The notes beneath the pieces were generated by a model, which was not told where the DNA came from, did no database searches, and saw only the letters and a list, made by a program, of their open reading frames with translations. From NCBI RefSeq assembly GCF_003334385.1, contig NZ_QOWN01000016.1: a stretch of 64,000 nt of DNA. One strand, 5' to 3'. The position numbers were made by a program, and so were the translations under genes. Position 1 is the stretch's first letter, and each line of letters begins with the position of its first letter. This DNA comes from Escherichia coli. GTDB lineage: Bacteria; Pseudomonadota; Gammaproteobacteria; Enterobacterales; Enterobacteriaceae. This document shows positions 12,376-23,027 of the stretch, piece by piece.

Positions 12376-13061
12376 ATGTCGTTACTTGCACAACTGGATC
12401 AAAAAATCGCTGCTAACGGTGGCCTGATTGTCTCCTGCCAGCCGGTTCCGGACAGCCCGCTCGATAAACCCGAAATCGTCGCCGCCATGGCATTAGCGGC
12501 AGAACAGGCGGGCGCGGTTGCCATTCGCATTGAAGGTGTGGCAAATCTGCAAGCCACGCGTGCGGTGGTGAGCGTGCCGATTATTGGAATTGTGAAACGC
12601 GATCTGGAGGATTCTCCGGTACGCATCACGGCCTATATTGAAGATGTTGATGCGCTGGCGCAGGCGGGCGCGGACATTATCGCCATTGACGGCACCGACC
12701 GCCCGCGTCCGGTGCCTGTTGAAACGCTGCTGGCACGTATTCACCATCACGGTTTACTGGCGATGACCGACTGCTCAACGCCGGAAGACGGCCTGGCATG
12801 CCAAAAGCTGGGAGCCGAAATTATTGGCACTACGCTTTCTGGCTATACCACGCCTGAAACGCCAGAAGAGCCGGATCTGGCGCTGGTGAAAACGTTGAGC
12901 GACGCCGGATGTCGGGTGATTGCCGAAGGGCGTTACAACACGCCTGCTCAGGCGGCGGATGCGATGCGCCACGGCGCGTGGGCGGTGACGGTCGGTTCTG
13001 CAATCACGCGTCTTGAGCACATTTGTCAGTGGTACAACACAGCGATGAAAAAGGCGGTGCT

Positions 13062-13065
<4 letters not shown>
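12376..13065 (+). CDS. nanE: N-acetylmannosamine-6-phosphate 2-epimerase
   Basis: ORF 12334..13065; start at [16 protein letters not shown], 229 aa. Confidence 0.93.
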
Positions 13066-14398
<1,333 letters not shown>

Positions 14399-14416
14399 AA
14401 CTTAGTTCGTTTTAAA

Positions 14417-14444
14417 GATTCTGCAGACACTGTCTGCAGAATTC
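14417..14444. repeat. 28-bp near-perfect palindrome (solo copy) between convergent yhcH and yhcG
   Basis: GATTCTGCAGACACTGTCTGCAGAATTC; 19 bp after yhcH stop and 13 bp before yhcG stop codon; same family as the copies inside yhcG and after gltD. Confidence 0.8.
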
Positions 14445-14457
14445 GAAACCGCTGAAA

Positions 14458-15585
14458 TTAACGGCGTCTATAGCCTTCCTCTAGCACCGCCTGTGTTCGA
14501 ACGAGTTCATCTGCGAGTCGTTTCTCATCAGGTAGTTGCATCTTATATTCGCTTGCCAGAACGGTGTTAGGCAAACCTGCCAGAGCATAATGCGCTTCTC
14601 CGGCTCCTTTCTCTGCACAGAGAACCAGACCGATGGGCGGATTTTCATCCGGTAGCGTCCAGTGCTCTTTGGCGTAGTTGAGATACATATTCATCTGTCC
14701 GGCATCGCTATAGCTGAATTTGCCCACTTTTAGATCGACGATTAGCAGGCAGCGTAAACGGCGGTGGAAAAACAGCAGATCGACACGAAACCAGTTGTCA
14801 TCAATGCGTAACCTTCGCTGCCGACCAACAAAGGCAAAATCATCCCCAAGTTCCAGCATGAAATCCATCAGGTGGTTGATCAGCGCCTCCTCAAAATCGG
14901 ATTCTGAATATTCATCTTTCAATTCCAGAAATTCGAGCACAAAGGGATCGCGTATCGCCTGTTGCGGAAGAATATGCGTCTCGGCAGGAGCGTGTTGTTG
15001 CAGCATGGCTGATTTGTCATGTGACAGTAGTGTCCGCTCATAAAACTGGGTCGCAATTTGCCGCTCTAGCTGGCGAACAGACCAGCCACAGCGGAGCGTC
15101 TCTTTTTCATAAAAGCTGCGGGCGTCAGCGTTTTTAACGGAAAGTAAACGGACGTAGGTGGACCTGGGCAAGGGGAAAGATTTGGCAGACAGCGTCTGCC
15201 AAATCTTTGCCGATGGGAATTCTGCAGACGGTGTCTGCGGAATTCCCAATGGTGTTAATTCGCCAGACATTGTCTGGCGAATTTCAACATGTTGAAAAAA
15301 GAGGTAAAAAAGCCTCATTTGGCGTAAGTTTTTTGCAGAGAACCCACGCTTATACCTTAGACATAAATCCTTTGATAGTCGCTTGATTAGCTGCGCACCA
15401 TACGCAGCCCTGGCCTCGCCACCTTGTTCAAATTCGACAATTCGTCGGCCAATTTCCTGGTACGTCGCGGTCATTAACGCGTTAACGCTACGTACCGTTT
15501 CCGTCCGGGCGCTATCGACCAGATGAATAATACCGTCGTGGATTTGCTGGTAGCCTGCTGTGGTTCCTTCTGAGAGCGATTCCAT
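14458..15585 (-). CDS. yhcG: DUF1016-family protein with PD-(D/E)xK nuclease-like C-terminal domain
   Basis: 375-aa ORF; C-terminal ...RVDLLFF...LLIVDLKVGK resembles a D...(D/E)xK nuclease core; contains in-frame palindromic repeats. Confidence 0.85.
   Translation of the reverse strand: MESLSEGTTAGYQQIHDGIIHLVDSARTETVRSVNALMTATYQEIGRRIVEFEQGGEARAAYGAQLIKRLSKDLCLRYKRGFSAKNLRQMRLFYLFFQHVEIRQTMSGELTPLGIPQTPSAEFPSAKIWQTLSAKSFPLPRSTYVRLLSVKNADARSFYEKETLRCGWSVRQLERQIATQFYERTLLSHDKSAMLQQHAPAETHILPQQAIRDPFVLEFLELKDEYSESDFEEALINHLMDFMLELGDDFAFVGRQRRLRIDDNWFRVDLLFFHRRLRCLLIVDLKVGKFSYSDAGQMNMYLNYAKEHWTLPDENPPIGLVLCAEKGAGEAHYALAGLPNTVLASEYKMQLPDEKRLADELVRTQAVLEEGYRRR
15180..15283. repeat. three tandem 39-bp units, each with a ~25-33-bp palindrome, in frame within yhcG
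   Basis: ATTTGGCAGACAGCGTCTGCCAAAT (15180-15204), GGGAATTCTGCAGACGGTGTCTGCGGAATTCCC (15215-15247), AATTCGCCAGACATTGTCTGGCGAATT (15257-15283); encode IWQTLSAK / IPQTPSAE / IRQTMSGE on the minus strand. Confidence 0.85.
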
Positions 15586-15769
15586 TATCTGTCCCTTTAT
15601 ATGGAGCTAAGTTGAATAATGGAATGAGCTATACTCTGGGGGGTGAGCACTGAACAATTAAGAACAGCGTATTACATTTACTTTCCCCAAGATATGCGAA
15701 GAGCTTTCCTGAAACATTAACCGATCGTATAAAACGAATGCCTGATAGTACTCCTGTCCGGCATTGTTA

Positions 15770-16486
15770 TCACAAGTAGACTACGCTTATCACAGCTTTC
15801 CCATCAAGTTCGATTTTTTCTGAACCGCCTAAATCATTCGCGATAGATGCGCTCACCTGAAGCGGTATAATGGCGTTCGTTACAGGAGTTGGGGTTGTTT
15901 CACCTGGTTTTACAAAGGTGTAATAATAGCTTTGATCGACTGCAAGCGGATAAGCGGTGAGCGTTTGCCATGCTCTTTTTTGCCCTGTTATGACGGCATC
16001 TGCACCTGCTATTGATACAGCTAACGTCTGGCTACCATTGCTGGCACTAATGTTGTTGCTATCAATTAACACGGCATAACTACCGATATTTTTATTATCT
16101 TTTGTTTTCCCTAAGCCGAATAAGCGCGTTGTCTGGCTAATATAACCTCCGCCATTTAAGGTATATTTTACACCACTCTGACCCCCACTATCTTTTCCGG
16201 TGGTCATACTATCCATTCGTGTATCACGAGCGGTAATCGCAATGCTGGTAGCGGATTCGCAAGTTATAGTCATATTAATATTACGTGTTCCAATCTGTGT
16301 GTAGTGCTGCGTTGAAAGTCTATTGACTGAATGACTACCGAAGTTAACAACTCCGCCGTTGCTTAGTATTGGAGTACAAGCTGCAGCTTCCAGAGTCACC
16401 TTAACGTCAATTGATACTCTATCAGCGGCTTGCGCTGACATGGCAAAAAAGGCACTTCCGGCAATCAGTAATTTTACATTGTTCAT
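15770..16486 (-). CDS. yhcF: fimbrial-like protein (DUF1120 family), secreted
   Basis: 238-aa ORF with signal peptide MNNVKLLIAGSAFFAMSAQA; paralogous to GltF; last gene of the chaperone-usher cluster. Confidence 0.8.
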   Translation of the reverse strand: MNNVKLLIAGSAFFAMSAQAADRVSIDVKVTLEAAACTPILSNGGVVNFGSHSVNRLSTQHYTQIGTRNINMTITCESATSIAITARDTRMDSMTTGKDSGGQSGVKYTLNGGGYISQTTRLFGLGKTKDNKNIGSYAVLIDSNNISASNGSQTLAVSIAGADAVITGQKRAWQTLTAYPLAVDQSYYYTFVKPGETTPTPVTNAIIPLQVSASIANDLGGSEKIELDGKAVISVVYL

Positions 16487-17034
16487 TTTGCCTCCACCAG
16501 GACCGTCAGATTGCCTGTAATATCTGTCATGTCGGTTAGTTCCCCTTCATCCTTAAAAGCTGGAGCCATTGTCAGTGTGAGGCTAACGCTTTTACCGCTA
16601 TCAATTACCACTTCTTGACCATTTTGCATAAACACCAGCCAATTATTGGGGGAAGTACTAATTGATGCTGTTCCTGTGCTGCCCGGATTGTCATTTTTGC
16701 CACTGGCTAACGCCAGGTCGAGATTGTTACTACCTGAAAATGCATCGCTGGCGATCAGATTTAATGAACCATTCGGGCCAAATCCAAATCCGTTGTTGGA
16801 AATATTAGCGGTATTCAACTGAACACGAATATGAGCGTCCTGATCGCATTGCATTACCAGCGTGATTGTTCTGTCTGCTAATTGTGTTGTTTTACCCCGG
16901 TCAACTTGGCGCATGGCAGCACTTCGTTTGCCATAGTCGATATTTTGTATGCTACTGGAGATATTACACTCTGCCTGAGCGGCCATGGCGAAGTTCAGCA
17001 GCAGGCATCCTGTTATTATCCGTTTCATTGGCAC
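16483..17034 (-). CDS. yhcE: fimbrial-like secreted protein, apparently intact
   Basis: 183-aa ORF with signal peptide (..LLLNFAMAAQA); overlaps yhcD stop and yhcF start; no IS sequence present. Confidence 0.75.
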   Translation of the reverse strand: MPMKRIITGCLLLNFAMAAQAECNISSSIQNIDYGKRSAAMRQVDRGKTTQLADRTITLVMQCDQDAHIRVQLNTANISNNGFGFGPNGSLNLIASDAFSGSNNLDLALASGKNDNPGSTGTASISTSPNNWLVFMQNGQEVVIDSGKSVSLTLTMAPAFKDEGELTDMTDITGNLTVLVEAK

Positions 17035-19406
17035 TCTCCTGTTGCTGTCTCATAGAACACATCTTTTGGTGCATCTTCTGGGAATGTAAGGTGAATACGG
17101 CATGATTGCTGCTCATCTTTTATATCTAGCACCATGTCCGGTTTGATGTTATTGAGGAATACAACACCGTCATCCACTGATGTTGTCAGATAGTTGCCTT
17201 CACTATCTTCAATCGCAACGCCTCTGGGCAGTTTTTTGCCGTCGGAAAGTGTGATATTGAGTAATGCACGGCGTTGTGTTATCGCACTGAATCCGACTTT
17301 CCCTACTGCACCACGGCCTTGTTTGATCATTTTTGTGCCGTTACCGATATCGACATTTTTTGGCAAGCTGGCGGTATCGATCTCAACTCCTGATGTTCGC
17401 CACGACTGGATTGATGGAATGACGGCATTACCCCGAAAATCTGTCCATACTGGGCCTGCCTGAGATGTAATTCTGACACCTGCAATATTGTTATCCATTT
17501 TTGCGATGGCGAAAGTGTCATTGATAGTCCACGGTGAAAAGGTCACTCCCTGATCATGTACGGCAATACCACCTGACATCGTACCGTTGTAAGTACGGCT
17601 ATCACTGCCGCTTGCTCCTGCGGCAAGGCTGACTTGGGTGTAATGGAGATTGGAACTGATACTGCCGTTCAAGCTCGTTTCACGTTCGTCGTGATCTCGT
17701 TCAGCATTCACATAGTAGGACATCTCATCTGAGACGACTCCCATGACACCAGTACCATAGTGGGTTTTATGATCGTCATGGCGAGTATACAGTGTGGCGG
17801 TGTTTGATCTGCCAAATGGAATACTGATGTTGACGTAGAACAGATCACCATCGTCTTCATTATTTTCTGAAGCACTAAGTTGATGCTGCCAGTTGACGGA
17901 AACCGTGGCGTGTTTGAACGCTTTGTTCCAGTTAATATTAAGGTTGCTTGAGTCATTGTCACCGTCGTAACTATATGTTTTATAGCCACTGATGTTGAAA
18001 CCACCCAGAATGGAGTTAGACCAGTTTAAACCAAGCGCATAAGTGCTTTTAGTCGGATCGGTATAATCATCATCAATCGCTTCAGACAGTTCGCGATAAT
18101 GGCGATCAGATCGAGTGAGGCTGGTTGTTAGCCCAAGTGAAAATGGGAGATTGTAGTTCGCGTCAAGACGATATTTCTGTCCTTGCAGTGAGTCTTTCGT
18201 ATCCTGCGATGTACTAATTTGGCTGCTCACTGTTAAATCGGGCAGGGGAACCAGACTCGACCGGATTGATGCCGCCTGATAATTTTCTGCTACGATAACG
18301 CCGCCGTTCATTGCACTCCAGCGTGTCAGATTCCATCCGCTCGATGCACTAATTACCCAAGGTGATTCGTCATAGTCATCGTCTACCCGCCCTATCGCGA
18401 AGCGATAACCCTGGAAGCTTTCTACATGCTGATTAAACAGGGTGGAGGGAACAATATAGTTGTGCGAACTACCGTCTGTTTCGACAACGGTGACATTAAG
18501 ATCACTATTACCATTGCGAACAGGTACATCAGGGATAGTGAATGCGCCCGCAGGAACCAGAATGGAATGAATTAAAACTCCTTGTTGACGAATCTCGACA
18601 CGAGCCTGAGAGGTGTTGGCTATACCAGTAACTTGCACACCACTGCCGCTGGTTTGCAATGCGTTGTCCGGTGCGATTTCGATACCGTAAATACTGGCTC
18701 CTTCCAACACGCTATTATTGAGGTTAACTTCACCTGCTCGCATGAGTGTTTTAAGATCTGTAAAGGTACGTTGAAGGTAGGTTGACGAGTTCTGGTTACT
18801 GAATGTGCCATTTGTTTGTGTAAGGAACTGATGGCTGCGTAACATCCAGTCATTAATATTAATCCCGCCTTCAAGTGCAGCCTGGGAGTAGTCCGAACTC
18901 CCATTAGAAAATTCTGCACGGCTGCTCATCAGAGAGTAGTTTAGCAGCGCAGCTGTTCCACCAGTTGCTGCGTTTGTGAGATCCAACCCTATGGGAATGA
19001 TCGCCTGTGGTGAAACGATAATATCTAACGCTTCCTGGTTAGGTAATGGTGTGATTGTGGTACCCGGGTAGGACAATATATAGTCGTAACAGCCATTTTT
19101 TTCTTCAGAAGGAATTTTTAAACCGGCTTGTTGCAGAAATGCCTGATCAAGACAAATGTCGCCATTTTCATCAAAGCGCGTAGCAATGTTGCCTTTTTTT
19201 TCGCCATTTACTGATACTATCAGTGAATATTCACCTGGCAAAAAACGGGCTGAACGGGAAAAATAATGCGATATATTAGGATCTACACCTAGTGATTTTA
19301 ATGTTTCCCGATCAAAATCAACAGCGGCAATCTCTATACCATCTGCATTGGCTGGGGGAGAAAAGGCAAAACCAATGGTGTAGGCCAGTAACGTTTTTTT
19401 TAACAT
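17025..19406 (-). CDS. yhcD: fimbrial outer membrane usher protein
   Basis: ORF 17025..19424 (799 aa); likely start at MLKKTLLAYTIGFAFSPPANA (793 aa); usher-sized, between chaperone and subunit genes. Confidence 0.88.
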   Translation of the reverse strand: MLKKTLLAYTIGFAFSPPANADGIEIAAVDFDRETLKSLGVDPNISHYFSRSARFLPGEYSLIVSVNGEKKGNIATRFDENGDICLDQAFLQQAGLKIPSEEKNGCYDYILSYPGTTITPLPNQEALDIIVSPQAIIPIGLDLTNAATGGTAALLNYSLMSSRAEFSNGSSDYSQAALEGGININDWMLRSHQFLTQTNGTFSNQNSSTYLQRTFTDLKTLMRAGEVNLNNSVLEGASIYGIEIAPDNALQTSGSGVQVTGIANTSQARVEIRQQGVLIHSILVPAGAFTIPDVPVRNGNSDLNVTVVETDGSSHNYIVPSTLFNQHVESFQGYRFAIGRVDDDYDESPWVISASSGWNLTRWSAMNGGVIVAENYQAASIRSSLVPLPDLTVSSQISTSQDTKDSLQGQKYRLDANYNLPFSLGLTTSLTRSDRHYRELSEAIDDDYTDPTKSTYALGLNWSNSILGGFNISGYKTYSYDGDNDSSNLNINWNKAFKHATVSVNWQHQLSASENNEDDGDLFYVNISIPFGRSNTATLYTRHDDHKTHYGTGVMGVVSDEMSYYVNAERDHDERETSLNGSISSNLHYTQVSLAAGASGSDSRTYNGTMSGGIAVHDQGVTFSPWTINDTFAIAKMDNNIAGVRITSQAGPVWTDFRGNAVIPSIQSWRTSGVEIDTASLPKNVDIGNGTKMIKQGRGAVGKVGFSAITQRRALLNITLSDGKKLPRGVAIEDSEGNYLTTSVDDGVVFLNNIKPDMVLDIKDEQQSCRIHLTFPEDAPKDVFYETATGECQ

Positions 19407-19426
19407 CCTTGTCGCTCCAGGCAAAG

Positions 19427-20101
19427 TTATTTTAAGTCAGTGACATATTTATTACCGCGATAACCATATCGGCTGGCTGGGTAAAACTCGACTTTTGTAT
19501 CCGTAGCGTTTGTTAATGCAGTAGTTGTACTGGTGTGTGGTAGAAAATAGGTCTTATTTATAGCCCCCGTTTTTCCTGAAGGGAGCGTTTTAAATTGTAA
19601 GGTCATACGAACGACATAATTACTGGGGTTGCTAATCTCAATTTGGTCGCCATTTTTACGCCATTCCAGGAATTTCCAGGTCTCTCGCTCTTCCGGCAGG
19701 GAAGCCGGGTGGATCAGTACAGGTAGATCCTGACGAATTGAAACAGTAACTCTGCTGCTCTTGTCATCTTTTGGTGGAATACCTTCGAACGTTACGCGTT
19801 TCAGCTCTTCTGATTGCAGAGGAACAGTCGCCTGAAGTAAAAATCGAACCTGTTGTACTTGACCGGCTTCAACACGAATAACGGGCTGAGTCGGGATTAA
19901 ACGAATTGATTTATTGCTTTCAGGCAAATCAACAATGGTGGTGTAAAGCAATGAAGGATGATCATCTGTATTCTTAATATTAATACTAGCTTCACCACGC
20001 TTTTCATCAACCAGCAATACTGATGTTTCAGGAACCATCCCTGTGGCTAAGGTATTCATTGATGTTGTTATAAATACAGTGAATGTAATGTGTCTGAGCA
20101 T
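19427..20101 (-). CDS. yhcA: fimbrial periplasmic chaperone (PapD-like)
   Basis: 224-aa ORF with signal peptide; 2 bp upstream of usher gene. Confidence 0.88.
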   Translation of the reverse strand: MLRHITFTVFITTSMNTLATGMVPETSVLLVDEKRGEASINIKNTDDHPSLLYTTIVDLPESNKSIRLIPTQPVIRVEAGQVQQVRFLLQATVPLQSEELKRVTFEGIPPKDDKSSRVTVSIRQDLPVLIHPASLPEERETWKFLEWRKNGDQIEISNPSNYVVRMTLQFKTLPSGKTGAINKTYFLPHTSTTTALTNATDTKVEFYPASRYGYRGNKYVTDLK

Positions 20102-20272
20102 TTAAATTAAAACTCCTGTAATAATGATAAATAACGCAGAAACATATTGTTAATATATGTTATGCACTGTTTGCGATGAGATTGATTAAGACAGACCATG
20201 TCATAGGGCATAATCTGTCCGAGTTATAGCTAACTGGTTAATGCGTAAAAATAAAAACTGTATTACAAGTTC

Positions 20273-21037
20273 TTATAAATACTGAACGCTGATAGTGACG
20301 TTACCATCCAGTTTGATCGTTTCATCAGAACCAAGAATAGTATTGTCATTTACCGCAGCATCAATCAGTAACGGGAAGGTGACCGCTGTAATGGCAACAG
20401 GTGTCAGTTCCCCTGTTTTTGCAACAGAATAACCGCGCTCGATTGCTGAGCAACTTGTCAGCGAGCAGAATGCGCCATTAGATGAGGCTTTCCATGTGGG
20501 GGTCGCTGCTGACCAGTGGTCAGTTTGAATCAGGTCGACAGGAATTTCACCTGTATCGTCCGCCGCGTGAATCCCACCATTAGACCTGTCAATACCAATG
20601 GATGCAGCGCCAATTTTTTGTCCATTAGGCGCAGAACCTAAACCAAAGGCGTTTTTCGTTCCCTTCATATCTACGAGAGTATCATAAGCTTTTTCAATAT
20701 AGGATGTGTCGTTTAACGCTACAATGGTCGACTGACGGTTATCCTTGGAGGTTACAGCAATTAGCGTTGGTGCTGTGCAGGTTATATTTAATGTGCTGTT
20801 TTTGCGGCCCAGTTGAACCAGTTTATTACTTTTACCGGTCGGATTCAGCGCACTGTTATGATGTTTCCCATAGTCAACAATGCCGCCGCCCGTAACAACT
20901 GGGGTACATGCACCAGGGGTATACTCGCCGATGATAGTTAATTCTGTATCAGTTGAATCTGTTGCCATGGCACTGAATGCTGCAACAGAAAGTGCTGCAC
21001 AAATAGCAGCTGTTGTGAGGTTCTTTTTGAAAAACAT
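20273..21037 (-). CDS. gltF: GltF, periplasmic fimbrial-subunit-like protein (DUF1120)
   Basis: 254-aa ORF with signal peptide MFFKKNLTTAAICAALSVAAFSAMA; paralogous to YhcF; first gene of the chaperone-usher cluster. Confidence 0.85.
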   Translation of the reverse strand: MFFKKNLTTAAICAALSVAAFSAMATDSTDTELTIIGEYTPGACTPVVTGGGIVDYGKHHNSALNPTGKSNKLVQLGRKNSTLNITCTAPTLIAVTSKDNRQSTIVALNDTSYIEKAYDTLVDMKGTKNAFGLGSAPNGQKIGAASIGIDRSNGGIHAADDTGEIPVDLIQTDHWSAATPTWKASSNGAFCSLTSCSAIERGYSVAKTGELTPVAITAVTFPLLIDAAVNDNTILGSDETIKLDGNVTISVQYL

Positions 21038-21555
21038 ATGAACATATCCTTAATAACAAATTTATTTTTTAAAATAAAAAGCTGAAGCAGTATATATATC
21101 TGTTTGTGAATGTAAATAAATAACTCGTTCAGAAATAGCCAACTTGCTGGGATGTATTTATTTAATGAATTTTATAGTTACGATCATGTGAATAATAAGG
21201 TGCTGGTGAGGTGGTTTGTGGTGATAATTATTCATTACATGAATGTTTGCGCTGAAAAATAGGAAAATATATAGATAATTAAGGATAATATATTGGTTTT
21301 TTATATTCATATTTTGTATATTAATATCGAGACAATTTACATGGAATGAAAAGACTGAATAGCTTGCAGAATCGGTATTGTCAGAGGTGTTAACAAGTAA
21401 TTGAGACGGATTGTAAATGAGAAATTGCTTGATGTGCTTCACTCATCAGACTTGGTGAACAAAGCACAATTTATTGAAAATTATCCCTATTATAGGAAAG
21501 GTCAAACGCTCATGCCGCATTTGCCAGAAAACAACGCGCACTTCGTCAGTAATTT

Positions 21556-21583
21556 GATTCGCCAGACACAGTCTGGCGAATTC
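21556..21583. repeat. 28-bp near-perfect palindrome (solo copy) immediately 3' of gltD
   Basis: GATTCGCCAGACACAGTCTGGCGAATTC; ends 13 bp before the gltD stop codon at 21597 (i.e. just downstream on the gltD strand). Confidence 0.8.
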
Positions 21584-21596
21584 ATTGTTACCTCGC

Positions 21597-23027
<1,431 letters not shown>

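Noticed and set aside
15180-15283. Possibility that the regularly spaced palindromes are a CRISPR array
   Set aside because: The repeats differ from one another, the spacers would be only 6-10 bp, the array is in frame inside a protein-coding gene, and there are no cas genes in the window.
14417-15283. Possibility that the GAATTC and CTGCAG sites flanking the palindromes are cloning-vector or polylinker contamination
   Set aside because: The sites are part of the palindrome arms and are embedded in a continuous, conserved yhcG reading frame with native flanking genes; no vector backbone sequence is present.
21158-21442. 94-aa ORF in the gltD-gltF intergenic region
   Set aside because: Low-complexity, Asn/Ile/Phe-rich translation of AT-rich DNA; no RBS, no similarity to any family I recognise. 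Most likely non-coding promoter DNA.
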